Shown: positions 31,415-45,440 of the stretch, piece after piece
Layout: every line of letters begins with the position of its first letter
Position numbering within the stretch: the stretch's first letter is position 1
NCBI GenBank assembly: GCA_963792485.1
Contig: CAWBWL010000008.1
Span: forward strand, 168,871 to 232,870
Length of the DNA: 64,000 nucleotides
Direction: 5' to 3'
Source of the DNA: an uncultured Alphaproteobacteria bacterium
GTDB taxonomy: Bacteria; Pseudomonadota; Alphaproteobacteria; Rhizobiales; Rhizobiaceae
Translations under genes and position numbers: made by a program
Notes under the pieces: model-generated
The model's input: the letters and a program-made list of their open reading frames with translations, nothing else
The model's database searches: none
What the model was told of the DNA's origin: nothing

Positions 31415-32581
31415 ATGACGATGACCGAGACAAAGAAGATTTTCACCCGCACCCGCATCACCGTGCCGGAAGGCGAGCGCGCGCTTGTGCTGGTCAACGG
31501 CAGGTTCGACGCGATCCTGCGCCCGGGCCGCCACGCAATCCCGTCTCTGTTCTCCTCCGTCAAGGTCGAGGCCTTTCAGCTCGTCAACGCGGCGTTCGTG
31601 AGCCCGTATGAGCAGGCGCTTGTGGCAAGCCGTCCGGATCTGGTCTCCGAGCACTTCACGGATGTGCGCACGTCGGCGGACGAGGTCGGCGTGATCTACC
31701 GCGACGGCAAGTTCCTTGTCGTGCAGAAGCCGGATGCGCGCCAGCTGTTCTGGACAGATGCCGGGCCGTGGAAGGCTGAGCTGATCGACGTGTCGGTCTC
31801 GCTCGAAGTGCCTGCGAAACTGGCGCAGCGCATCGGCGTGAGCGACCGCGTCAAGCGCTTCAGCGTCGAGGACGGTCAGGCGGGCCTGCTCTACATCGAC
31901 AACGCCTATGTGCGTTTGCTCGATGCGGGCGCCTACGCGTTCTGGAACGTTGGCCGCACGGTCTCGGTCAAGATCGTCGACACGCGCCAGCATGCGCTGG
32001 ATGTGACGGGGCAGGAAGTCTTGACCCGCGACAAAGTCTCGCTGCGTGTCAACCTGGTGGCCAAATACGCCGTGGTTGATGTGGTCAAGGCCGTGTCGAG
32101 CGTGAAGGATTATGCGGATGCGCTTTACCGCGCCTTGCAGCATGCCTTCCGCCAGTCGCTGTCGGCAAAGTCTTTGGATGAAATCCTCTCCCGCAAGGGC
32201 GAGGTCGATCTGGAGGCTGCAAAGCAGGTGCGCGATGAGATGGCGGCCATCGGTCTGGAGGTCGGCGACATCTCGATCAAGGACGTCATCCTGCCGGGCG
32301 ACATGCGCGACATGCTGAACAAGGTCGTGAACGCGGAGAAGGAGGCGGAAGCCAACGTCATCCGCCGCCGCGAGGAGACCAACGCGACGCGCTCCCTGCT
32401 CAACACGGCGAAGATCATGGCCGAAAACCCGGTCATGCTGCGCCTGAAGGAGCTGGAAGCGCTCGAAAAGATCGCCGACAAGGTCCAGACGCTGACCGTT
32501 CACAACGGCACGCAGGGCCTGCTCAACGATCTGGTCAGCCTCGGCGCGCCCAAGCCTTTGAAGCGCGCTGGCGCCAAGTGA
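31415..32581 (+). CDS. SPFH/band-7 (stomatin-prohibitin-flotillin-HflK/C) domain protein
   Basis: Central SPFH-like region followed by a long coiled-coil / Ala-Glu-rich C-terminus. RBS AAGGA before ATGACCGAG. Confidence 0.7.
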   Translation: MTMTETKKIFTRTRITVPEGERALVLVNGRFDAILRPGRHAIPSLFSSVKVEAFQLVNAAFVSPYEQALVASRPDLVSEHFTDVRTSADEVGVIYRDGKFLVVQKPDARQLFWTDAGPWKAELIDVSVSLEVPAKLAQRIGVSDRVKRFSVEDGQAGLLYIDNAYVRLLDAGAYAFWNVGRTVSVKIVDTRQHALDVTGQEVLTRDKVSLRVNLVAKYAVVDVVKAVSSVKDYADALYRALQHAFRQSLSAKSLDEILSRKGEVDLEAAKQVRDEMAAIGLEVGDISIKDVILPGDMRDMLNKVVNAEKEAEANVIRRREETNATRSLLNTAKIMAENPVMLRLKELEALEKIADKVQTLTVHNGTQGLLNDLVSLGAPKPLKRAGAK

Positions 32582-32790
32582 AACGACCCGCCCCGGCCGG
32601 AATTGGCCGGGGCGGCACCCATCTTGCCGCATTCCGACTTTTGCGTTAATACTTTCGTATCGAATTTGAAGACCGAACGAGATGCCCCGCGATTATTCGC
32701 AAGCTGACGCTTCCCTCAAAATTTCGATCCAACCGCTGGTCAGACCTTGTGTGGCCGGCACGTCAACTGCGAAAAAGGAAATAAAATCAA

Positions 32791-33000
32791 ATGGCTACAG
32801 GAACCGTAAAATGGTTTAACGGTCAAAAAGGCTTCGGCTTCATTCAGCCGGACGCCGGCGGCGCGGATGTGTTTGTGCACGTCTCGGCCGTCGAGCGCTC
32901 AGGTCTTGGACAGCTCAATGAAGGCCAGAAAGTCAATTATGAGCTGGTGCAGGACAAGCGCACCGGCAAGACTTCGGCAGGCGAACTTTCCGCCGCCTGA
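32791..33000 (+). CDS. cspA: Cold-shock protein, CspA family
   Basis: [18 protein letters not shown] ... DVFVH are the RNP1/RNP2 motifs. Confidence 0.9.
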   Translation: MATGTVKWFNGQKGFGFIQPDAGGADVFVHVSAVERSGLGQLNEGQKVNYELVQDKRTGKTSAGELSAA

Positions 33001-33020
33001 TCTGATAACGCGGCGCGCGG

Positions 33021-35182
<2,162 letters not shown>

Positions 35183-35195
35183 TCGAAAGGGTGCG

Positions 35196-35275
35196 ACGGC
35201 GGTGTGTGGGTCGGCGTTTGGGCTGGGGCCTAATTTCCGGATCAGCTATGCCACGAGCGCCAACCTATCCTGCGA
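35196..35275 (+). repeat. Degenerate duplicate of the aatA 3-prime coding end (would encode ...[17 protein letters not shown]...), directly abutting low-GC DNA
   Basis: Compare 35057-35128 with 35196-35263. GC content drops sharply from about 35264. Confidence 0.75.
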
Positions 35276-35380
35276 ATAATTATCGTATGAATAAATATGT
35301 CATTATCCAACTTGCCTCAATGGCATAATTTCCAGTGCAAATAAGTGTTGTTAAAGCGCAAGAGAATAAATAGCGGTTCT

Positions 35381-36424
35381 TCATTCTAATATCTCGTGAC
35401 AAGCTTCAATCTTGCTTGCATTCGTTTTTGGTTGATCCGATAGTTGCATCTGCATACTGTCTGTTGACTTGTAGCCATGCTCGGCGAAAGCCATTTTGGC
35501 TTTCGTCGTTTTACAAGAGAGCCGCTCGCTGCCGCCCGCCAAAAACCAAGATGTGGTCCATGTGTCCCATGACGGGATGAGGCCTTTATAGCCGATTGTT
35601 TTGAGTTTGCGGGCTCTCTTGTGCGCATGCATCGTCAGTTCATCACTCCCTATGGATGCGACCATTCCCGGGCTGATCATTCGTTGGCCTACTCCCGTTT
35701 TGTAGGTTACGGTCCAGACCTTGTTTGGGTGATGATCGAGAAGATATTTCACTGCCATGCGATCTTCCGCAACGTTCATATCTCTGAAAGCGAATGGCAA
35801 ATATCTGTTCTGACTGAATTGCTCACCCTTAGACCTTCCGCCTACAGTGAGTATCTTGATTACCTCTTTGCTCTCTATGAGGCCCGATTTCAGGAGGATT
35901 GCCGAAACAGTGACAGGGCCAAGTTCGGCGATCACAACCTTCCCGTTGATCTTGATTACGTCGGCTATCTCAGAAAGCATCTTGATGTCATTTGCATCAA
36001 CTTTCGATGCCGCATCAAATGGCATACGCCGCTTCGGCCCGTGGTAAACAGGCCAAGCTCCCAAGTTCAGCTCTTTAAGCCTTACTTTCAAATTAGCATG
36101 AACTTGGCTGGTGCTTGAGCCGCCATTGCCAAAAATAGAGACGATTCCAATGACTTTAATACAGCCCAATTTTTCTAGCCGTGAATACATGTAGAGCGAA
36201 ATTGAGTCATCAATCTCCCCCATACGGGTTGCATCAGAGACTATGAGAGTTGGTAATGTCAGCGCACTTGCACAGCTTGGCTTTGATCCGAAGAAGTGCT
36301 CTTCAAGACCATTTGCGAACGCAAATCCTACATTCCCCGCAAGCATCGCAGCGATAAACAATTTGATTCTGATCACCGGCAAGCCCCCGCTTTGGCGGAG
36401 AAATATCAGCGCCGTCTCATTCAA
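35381..36424 (-). CDS. Secreted hypothetical protein in low-GC islet, possibly nucleoside hydrolase (IUNH)-like
   Basis: Signal-peptide-like N-terminus. LIVSDATRMGEIDD and VIGIVSIFGNGGS loosely resemble the IU-nucleoside hydrolase Asp-cluster and GN motifs. Low GC. Confidence 0.4.
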   Translation of the reverse strand: MNETALIFLRQSGGLPVIRIKLFIAAMLAGNVGFAFANGLEEHFFGSKPSCASALTLPTLIVSDATRMGEIDDSISLYMYSRLEKLGCIKVIGIVSIFGNGGSSTSQVHANLKVRLKELNLGAWPVYHGPKRRMPFDAASKVDANDIKMLSEIADVIKINGKVVIAELGPVTVSAILLKSGLIESKEVIKILTVGGRSKGEQFSQNRYLPFAFRDMNVAEDRMAVKYLLDHHPNKVWTVTYKTGVGQRMISPGMVASIGSDELTMHAHKRARKLKTIGYKGLIPSWDTWTTSWFLAGGSERLSCKTTKAKMAFAEHGYKSTDSMQMQLSDQPKTNASKIEACHEILE

Positions 36425-36537
36425 TCAATGCCAAGTATTACAGAATCACGGCGATGCACCAGCCGCCGCCCGCCAGCGGCATTGATGTGCCAGGATGGGT
36501 CCGTTGTTAAATGGATCATCAGCGGAGCCATCCACCA

Positions 36538-36594
36538 TGGACACGATCACCGCAATCGGACTTGATATCGTAAAGAACAGTTTTGCGGCGGGGC
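36538..36594 (+). mobile_element. IS110-family transposase N-terminal stub (about 18 codons only)
   Basis: MDTITAIGLDIVKNSF matches the hallmark IS110 N-terminus (M..ITxIGIDLAKNxFQVHG). Similarity ends where the repeat block begins. Confidence 0.4.
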
Positions 36595-36595
36595 T

Positions 36596-36900
36596 GTGTG
36601 CATCCTTCGAGACGGCCCCAAGCGGGGCCTCCTCAGGATGAGGACGTTGGGTGGGTTTTGATCTCAGCAGGCGGAGCGCGTCTCCCTCCCCCTTGTGGGG
36701 AGGGAGGAGCGCGGCGGAGTGCGTCCTTCGAGACGGCCCCAAGAGGGGCCTCCTCAGGATGAGGGAACTTGGGTGGCGCTTCGCCGGTGGTTAGGGGTGT
36801 TGCCAAATCATAATTCCCCAAGCTCCCCTTCCTTGATGCGCCACCGCCCTCCCTCATCCTGAGGAGCGGGCAAAGCCCGCGTCTCGAAGGACGCACCCCG
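36596..36900. repeat. Composite REP/MITE-like repeat block: one 46-bp unit present twice direct (36601-36646, 36721-36766) and once inverted (36848-36894), plus a GC hairpin (36670-36695)
   Basis: The unit is CGTCCTTCGAGACGGCCCCAAG(C/A)GGGGCCTCCTCAGGATGAGG. The hairpin is CTCCCTCCCC-CTTGT-GGGGAGGGAG. Confidence 0.75.
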
Positions 36901-36902
36901 CT

Positions 36903-37229
36903 TCACCCGCCCTCCATGGCCGTAATCAACTCCGGCACTTTCACCGAGACAATGTCCCACAATATTGCATCGTCTATGCCGAAATAGGCGTGGGCGACGA
37001 TATCGCGGAAGCCGATGATGCGACGCCAGTCCACATCGGCAAGCCCGGCGCGGGCAGCGGGCGGAATATGCTTGGCCGCCTCGCCGATGATTTCAAGATT
37101 GCGCAAGACCGCATCGCGGACCAGTTCATTGCCGGCGAAATCGGGTCTGTCCATGCCAAATGTGAAGCGGACGACTTTTGCCGCCGCCGCGCGCATGTCG
37201 TCCTGGTACAGCTGCCACTCACGCGACAA
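36903..37229 (-). CDS. hepT: HepT-type toxin (DUF86 / HEPN nucleotidyltransferase-substrate-binding family)
   Basis: Rx4HxY HEPN motif in RDIVAHAYFGID. Gene is 108 aa and overlaps the upstream gene by 11 nt. Confidence 0.8.
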   Translation of the reverse strand: MSREWQLYQDDMRAAAAKVVRFTFGMDRPDFAGNELVRDAVLRNLEIIGEAAKHIPPAARAGLADVDWRRIIGFRDIVAHAYFGIDDAILWDIVSVKVPELITAMEGG

Positions 37230-37506
37230 ACAGCGCGTCCCTCTCGACGCTGTGGCGCATCTGTGGCCGCAGCGCGTCTTCGGTCACCAGATCAACCGGA
37301 ACGCCGAGCGCGTCTTCCAGATGCAGCTTCAAATCCATGTAGCGGTCATAGGTGGCAGCGCCCTCGAACCGCACCAGAAAATCCACATCGCTCCCTGCCC
37401 CTGCCACATTGCGGGCCGCAGAGCCAAACAGCCGCAGCGAGGCGACGCCAAGCCGCGCAAAGGCGGCATCGTTTTTGAGTTTGGACAAGATGAGCGCGCT
37501 GTTCAT
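37219..37506 (-). CDS. mntA: MntA-type nucleotidyltransferase antitoxin (minimal NTase)
   Basis: GSAAR ... DVDFLV is the GSx9-13DxD NTase motif. Gene is 95 aa and lies immediately upstream of hepT. Confidence 0.8.
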   Translation of the reverse strand: MNSALILSKLKNDAAFARLGVASLRLFGSAARNVAGAGSDVDFLVRFEGAATYDRYMDLKLHLEDALGVPVDLVTEDALRPQMRHSVERDALFVA

Positions 37507-37854
37507 GAGAGAAGTGTAGCAAAACTTGGGCGTAGAAACAAATGCCGGGCCAATGGCTTCAAAGGGGCTTCACGCGCCCCTGCCGCGTAAACCTTTCCCC
37601 GCCTTCCGCCGCCTTTCCCTGCACCGGTATCCCCCACACAGCGGCTTCCTCACTCTCCCTCACCGACATCGCGGATCAAGGCTGGTGCGGGATTTGACCT
37701 CTGTCCGGGGGATGAGATTTCAGCCAACGAAAATCTCTCGAATTTTTTATCCCAATCTTTTCAATGCCTTGTCAGATTTTTGGCTTCTTTCTTTGGAAAT
37801 TTCATCCCCGCCCTCAAAACCTCTCCCATACTCATGCCAGGAAAGGAGCGCGCG

Positions 37855-38274
37855 ATGAGAGAAGAACGCCATGACATACTGCCCCGCATCATCGCGCTGC
37901 TGCTGAGCCTCGCCATGATCGCAGAGCGCGTTGCGCGCCACCCGCTCGCCCTGCGGCTTACTCTTTGCGATATCCTTCTGCCGGCCCAATTCGCCGCGCT
38001 CACTCTTCTCGATTTCCCGGATGACGATGGCCGCTCGCATACCTTGCAGCAGACGCCCAATGTGCCGGAAACCGGCGGCAGCGCCACAACCCTCATCCAT
38101 CTCGCAATGGTCTTTCGCGCCATCGCCGCCGTGCTCATGCATGCCTGCCTCACCAGCGGCACGCCGCGATCCGCCAAGCCGCGCTATGCGCTCGCGCTTT
38201 CACTGAACCTTCCCGCGCGCCCGGTGCGGCGCTGCTTGCCGAACTCACTCGGCTTCGTCCACGACACCTCTTGA
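37855..38274 (+). CDS. Hypothetical protein
   Basis: ORF with a hydrophobic N-terminal segment. No homolog recognised. Coding status uncertain. Confidence 0.25.
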   Translation: MREERHDILPRIIALLLSLAMIAERVARHPLALRLTLCDILLPAQFAALTLLDFPDDDGRSHTLQQTPNVPETGGSATTLIHLAMVFRAIAAVLMHACLTSGTPRSAKPRYALALSLNLPARPVRRCLPNSLGFVHDTS

Positions 38275-38601
38275 CGAAGCCGCGGCCCCGGCATTGAAAT
38301 TCTGAAGCAATCCGCCCGGCATCCCGCGCGGCAACGATCCCGCATGAATTACGGCGGCAGAAACCGAGTCCCGCAAAGCGGGAAACATATTTTGCGCGAA
38401 GGACGTTGGCAAATGGCAGGCGGACGCATTCGACCTCATGGCGCGGGGCGGCAGGCATCGCAACGGGAAATCGCGGGCGACACTTGCATCCCTAGCCGCA
38501 TAATGAAACGATAGACCTTGCCGCCCGGGAGAGGCGGCAGATGCGACGGCTGCACGCCGGCCGCCGCTCCTGTTTCAACACGAAAATGGGAGGTCACAAT
38601 C

Positions 38602-40652
38602 ATGGGAAAACGCGCCGGAGGACGAGCTTCGGGTCCGAAATGCATCGCCATTGTCGGGCCCTTCGCATCAGGCAAAACCTCGCTGTTCGAGGCGATACTT
38701 GAGCGCACCAAAGCGATAGCGAAAGCCGCCAAGGCCGGGTCCGGCAACACGGTCGGCGACAATTCTCCCGAAGCCAAAGCCCATCAGATGAGCGTCGAGG
38801 CCGCCGTTGCGACGACCTCCTATATGGGCGAAAGCCTGACCTTCATCGATTGCCCCGGCTCGGTCGAATTCGCGTTTGAAGCCGAACCCGTCCTCGCCGC
38901 CGCCGATATGGCCATTGTCGTCGCCGAGCCCGACGAGAAGAAAATCCCCGCGCTGCAATTGGTCCTGCGCCGCCTCGAAGACCTCGGCCTGCCGCACATG
39001 CTATTTTTGAACAAGATCGACAAGGCGTCCGGCTCCGTGCGCGACATATTGAAACTCCTGCAGCCGGCCTCCAAAACCCCGCTGCTTTTGCGCCAGATCC
39101 CGATCTGGAAGGACGGCATCGCCATCGGCACGATCGACCTTGCCTCCGAGCGCGCCTATGTCTTCCGCGAACACGCCGAAAGCGAAGTCATCGCCATTCC
39201 CGACGCGGACAAGGCGCGCGAGGTGGAAGCCCGCTATTCCATGCTCGAGCGCCTCTCCGACCATGACGATGCGCTGATGGAACAGCTGCTCGAAGACATC
39301 CCCCCGCCCATGGACGAGGTGTTCGACGATCTGGCGGCGGATTTGCGCGATGGCTCCGTCGTGCCGGTATTTATCGGCGCCGCCGAAAACGGCAATGGCA
39401 TCACGCGCCTCTTGAAAGCCATCCGCCATGACGGCCCTGACGCCGCGATGACCGCCAAGCGCCTCGGCGTCAAAGCCAACGGCCCGGTCCTGCAGGTGAT
39501 GAAGACAATCCACACTTCGCATGCCGGAAAATTGTCCGTCGCCCGCGTTTTGTCGGGATCGGTCTCGGACAGCATGGAAGTTATGGGCGGCGGCGCATCG
39601 GGCAAAGTCTCCGGCCTGTTCACGCTGATGGGCAAGGACGCAAAGAAAATCTCCAGCGCCCAGACCGGCGACACGGTAGCGCTCGGCAAGCTCGACGCAA
39701 TTGCCACCGGCGCAACGCTTGGCTCGGCCAAGGAACTTGCAACCGCGCTCAACGGCACCGCCAAACCCGCGCCAGTCATGTCCATCGCCGTCCGGGCCAA
39801 AGAGCGCAAGGACGAGGTCAAACTCTCCGCCGCCCTGCACCGCATCGCCGACGAGGACCCCTCGCTCTCTGTCGAGCATAATCAGGTCACCGCCGAAACG
39901 ATCATTGGCGGCCAAGGCGAAATGCATCTGCGCGTGGCCTTGGAAAGACTGTCCGGCCGCTACGGCGTGGCGATTGACACGCACGAGCCGCTCGTCGCCT
40001 GGCGCGAGACGATCAAAGGATCAACCCAAGTGCGCGGCCGCCACAAGAAACAGTCCGGCGGCCATGGCCAGTTCGGCGACGTCGTCATCGAGATCAAGCC
40101 GCTGCCGCGCGGCGACGGCTTCGTCTTCACCGACACAGTGACCGGCGGCGTGGTGCCGAAACAGTATATCCCTCGGTCGAGGAAGGCGTGCGCGACTATC
40201 TGAAGAGCGGCCCGCTCGGTTTCCCGCTGGTCGATCTGGCGGTGAACCTCTCGGAAGGCTCGTACCACACGGTCGACTCCTCCGACATGGCGTTCCAGCT
40301 GGCGGCGAAAATCGCCATGAAAGAGGGTCTGTCCGCCTGCGGCTCGGTTCTACTGGAACCTGTCATGAAAGTGACGGTCACAACCCCCGAAAGCGCCATG
40401 GCGAGCGTGACCACGATTCTGACCCAGCGCCGCGGGCAGATATTGGGCTTCAACCCGCGCGAGGGCTGGGACAATTGGAACATCATCGAAACGCTGATGC
40501 CGCAATCGGAACTCAAGGGTCTGATCGTCGAACTGCGCTCGGCAACCTCCGGCGTCGCCGGCTATACTGCGGTGTTCGACCATATGGCGGAACTGTCGGG
40601 GCGTCTGGCGGACGAGGTGATCAAGGGGCACGGAGCAAGAGCTGCGGCCTGA
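38602..40652 (+). pseudogene. Elongation factor G-like GTPase paralog, frameshifted near 40175
   Basis: P-loop GPFASGKTS. EF-G domain II-V similarity (RGRHKKQSGGHGQFGDVVIEIKPLPRGDGFVFTDTVTGG ... YLKSGPLGFPLVDLAV ... EPVMKVTVTTPE). The C-terminal 154 aa are in another frame. RBS GGGAGG. Confidence 0.7.
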
Positions 40653-43056
40653 TCAGGCGCGGCGGGCCTTGTTCACGGCATCACGCCTGGACTTGGCTTC
40701 GCTGAGCGCTTCCTGGCCCTTCAGCCGCCGGCTGGTCTCGCTGAGCAGGAACGCCGGAATCTGAGCCGACGGGATCGGGCGGCCGAAATGGAACCCCTGC
40801 ATCTGGCTGCAGGCCATGGTCGACAGATACAGCGCCTGATCGGCGTTCTCGACGCCCTCAGCCGTGACGGAGAGGTTGAGGATTTTGCCGAGCCGCGCAA
40901 TGGTCTCAAGGATATCACGCGCCGTCTTGTCCTTCTCAATGGAGCGGATGAACGACTGGTCGATCTTCAATTTGTCGAACGGGAATTTGAGGAGATAGGA
41001 CAAGCTCGAATAACCCGTGCCGAAATCGTCGAGCGAGGTCATCACGCCGAGCGCTTTGAGATCGTTCAGCGCCGTCAGCGCCTCCTCGGTGTTGTCGACA
41101 AACAGGCCTTCGGTGATTTCGAGCTCAAGCCGGGCGGGCGTGAGGCCAGTGGCCTTCAGCGCATGTTTGGCCGAATTGACGATCCGGCGGTTTGTGGAAC
41201 TGCTGCGGCGACAGATTGACCGAAATCGTCATATGCTCCGGCCAGGCCGACGCCGTGCGGCACGCCTCCATCAGCACCCAGTCGCCAATCTCGCAGATCA
41301 GCCCGGTCTTTTCGGCAAGCGGAATGAAATCCGAAGGCGGCACCTGGCCGCGGGTCGGGTGGTTCCAGCGGATCAGCGCCTCAAAGCCGCTGGTCGTGTC
41401 GTCAAGCGCCGAGACAAGCGGCTGAAAATGCAGCTCGAACTGATTTGCCGCCAGCGCCCCGCGCAATTCCTGCTCAAGAATTCGGCGGTCGCGCACAATA
41501 TCGTCCATCTTGGTTTCAAAGAAGCGGAACGTGCCCTTCCCTTCTTCCTTCGCGCGGTAGAGTCCGAGATCAGCGCTGTTAAGCAGCGCTTCAACGCCGG
41601 CTCCGTCCTGCGGCGCGATGGCTATGCCGATCGAGACGCCGACCGAGACGACATGGGCATCAATTTCAAAAGGCTTGTTGATCGCCTCAATGATCTTGTC
41701 TGCCAATGCCGACAAAGAGCGGACCGAAATTTCATTGCGCAAAAGCACGCCAAACTCGTCTCCGCCGAGTCGGGCCACCACGTCGGAGTCGCGCAATGCC
41801 TTCTTCAGGCGCGCGCCGACTTCAACGAGCAGTTCGTCGCCAACCTTGTGCCCTTTGGTGTCATTGATCAGCTTAAAGCCGTCGAGATCGAGATAGAACA
41901 CCGAAAACTGAACGCCATCCGACAGGCGGCGGCTTTCAAAGCAGCGCTCAATGGCTTGTGAAAAATGCGTGCGGTTGACGAGGCCCGTCAGCGCGTCATT
42001 ATGGGCGAGATAGGCGATGCGCTCATTGGACTGCTTGTCATGCGTGATATCAGATGCGACGCCCCGATAGCCGGTGAACTTTCCATCCTTGTCGACGAGT
42101 GGCTTGCCGCTAAGCGCAAACCAGACTTCGCTGCCATTGCCCTTGGCGACATTCAATTCCAAGCCATTGAACGGCTTCCTGGTCTGAATGGATTGCAGGA
42201 ATTTGGCAAAACCCTTACTCCGGACATGTGCAGATTTCCGCAAGTCCAGCAGCTTTTCGGCGTTAGCCGCCATCTTGATGACGTCTTGCTCAATGCCTGT
42301 GGCTTGGTGAAACCGCTGCGAGCCGCGTGTCATCGTGCCGCTGGCTTCTGTTTCCCAAAGCCAGTCGCTGGCGCCTTCCTCAAAATCATTGAGAAGAAGG
42401 CCAATGATCGATGCTTGCTCCTCGACCTTTAAGGCGGAAATCTTGCTTGCGGCAAACATTCGCGCCACCGTCAAACTGGCTGTCAGCAATGAGCCGTAAT
42501 ACATCAAAAGCAGCGCGCCGACGGTAATATCCCCGGGGCCGCGGCTCATGGTCAAAGCGACCAAAAAGCTGCCGAAAATCCCTGACAAATAACCCACCAG
42601 CGCGTGCGGCACCATGTAAAGCGCGAAACATCCGCCGCCCATCATGCCCCCGACAAAGCCCACAATGATAAGCTTGGTGGCCAGATCACCGCCCGGATAA
42701 GCCAAAAGTGGAACGGCGCCCCAGAGGAGACCCAAGAGCGTTGAATTGATCGCCACTTTACTGATCGTGCGTTCGGAAACGCGGTTTGGAAACGGCCTTG
42801 CCTTGGACTTGCGCCACGAATGATAGCCGCTGAACGCCATGGCGTAGATTAAGGCGGTCCAGACAAACACGCCAAACGCGAACGGCATTCCGGAGAAGGC
42901 CATGCAGATGATCGTAGCATTGACTGCGTTTCCCGCCATCATCAATGGAGTTACGCCGATCACAGCTTTTAGCTGATGCGCGCGGAACTCCGCCGGATCC
43001 TTGGCCTCACTGCCAGCTGACAACGAAAACCGGTCCCTCAAATGTTGAAAAATCAT
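40653..43056 (-). pseudogene. Membrane-anchored PAS-GGDEF-EAL c-di-GMP signalling protein, frameshifted in the EAL domain (about 41050-41230)
   Basis: Multiple TM helices. GGDEF domain (RLGGDEFGVLL). EAL domain split across ORFs 41125..43056 and 40653..41045 (EALIRW ... DDFGTGYSSLSYL). Confidence 0.8.
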
Positions 43057-43401
43057 TCCAAACGCGTCCCGCCTGCCGCTTCCCCAAGCGGTTGAGGCGA
43101 TTTTGCACGCGCATATTTAACCCATGGTAATGCGAGAGCTTCAGATTTGGCTCGTGGTTAGCGCGGGATTAACAAACGTCAGGCTGTGATATCGGACAGC
43201 TGCGAAAAAAAGCCCGGCGCAAAGCCGGGCTTAAAGTTTTGGGGGCGCCGTTTCCAGCAAAACCTCCAGAGGGGAACACTCACGGAGCGCGGTGGGAGGA
43301 GGAGATGCGCTCCTGAGATCATTGTCAGGTATTTGTCCAGCTGCCTGTTTTCAATGCACGCTTTCGCATTTCAGCATTGCAAATTTGCCGAGGCTATGCC
43401 C

Positions 43402-44298
43402 CTAAAACGACCAGCTGCGCGCTTTTGAGAACAGGAAGTCGCGGAAAACGTTGAGCTTGGCCGCCGATTTCATCGCTTCGGGGTAGCAGAAATAGGTGTC
43501 GAAGGAAGGCTGCTCCATTTCGGGCAGGACCTGCACGAGCCCGGACTCCTTGTCGACCAGATAGTCCGGCAACAGGCCAATCCCGATGCCGCGCTGGACG
43601 GCGCCTTTGACCGAAAGGAGATTGTTGATCTGAAAATGCACCGGGCGCGGCTCGTTGTCGGGGCGGCCAATAGTCTCTAGCGCATTGATATCCTTCAGAT
43701 AAGTCGGCGCGGGTTCGCCGAAATTTACGATCCGGTGTTTGTCGAGTTCGCCGACGCTTTCCGGCTTGCCATAGCGTGCGATGTAAGACGGAGCGGCGTA
43801 GGCGTGGAAATGCACTGTGAAAAGCCGTCGCTGAATGAGGTCCGGCTGTTGCGGCTGGCGCAGGCGGATGGCGCAGTCGGCCTGGCGCATGTTGAGATCA
43901 AGCTCCTCATTGTCGAGAATTAGCTGGACCTGAATGTCTGGATATTGCTCGACGAACTCTTGCGCCCGCGCCGCCAGCCAGCCTGTGCCAAGTCCGACCG
44001 TGGTGGTCACCCGCAACTTGCCGGTTGGTTTTTCCTTGCTCTCGGTGAGGAGCGCAGTCGCATTTTCAAGCTTCATCAACACGTCATGCGCCGTGCGGAA
44101 CAGAATCTCGCCCTGTTCGGTCAGGATCAGCCCGCGCGCATGGCGGTTGAACAGCGAAACGCCGACATCTTGTTCCAACGAGGAGACTTGCCGCGAGATC
44201 GCCGACTGCGACAAATGCAGCTTATCGGCGGCATGGGTGAACGAGCCAGCCTCGGCTGCGGCGTGAAAAATCCGCAGCTTGTCCCAATCGAGTGGCAT
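43402..44298 (-). CDS. LysR-family transcriptional regulator
   Basis: N-terminal HTH (LRIFHAAAEAGSFTHAADKLHLSQSAISRQVSSLE) plus the LysR substrate-binding domain. RBS GGGAGGGA. Confidence 0.85.
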   Translation of the reverse strand: MPLDWDKLRIFHAAAEAGSFTHAADKLHLSQSAISRQVSSLEQDVGVSLFNRHARGLILTEQGEILFRTAHDVLMKLENATALLTESKEKPTGKLRVTTTVGLGTGWLAARAQEFVEQYPDIQVQLILDNEELDLNMRQADCAIRLRQPQQPDLIQRRLFTVHFHAYAAPSYIARYGKPESVGELDKHRIVNFGEPAPTYLKDINALETIGRPDNEPRPVHFQINNLLSVKGAVQRGIGIGLLPDYLVDKESGLVQVLPEMEQPSFDTYFCYPEAMKSAAKLNVFRDFLFSKARSWSF

Positions 44299-44329
44299 GG
44301 TCCCTCCCAGGCGCGGCGCGGCCGCAGTG

Positions 44330-45298
<969 letters not shown>

Positions 45299-45440
45299 TT
45301 ACTCTTTAGGGGCGGGCTTTTTCCATGCCTTTGTCCGGCCTGAAATATTGTCCGGCAGATAGCGTTACAAGGGTGAGCCCCGCAAGAAAGATTGTTCGAT
45401 CCTTCGCCAGACATCACAGAATAGAATGCTCAAGGGGCGG

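Noticed and set aside
31343-32632. 429-aa minus-strand ORF
   Set aside because: Antisense to the SPFH gene.
39001-39984. 327-aa minus-strand ORF
   Set aside because: Antisense to the EF-G-like gene.
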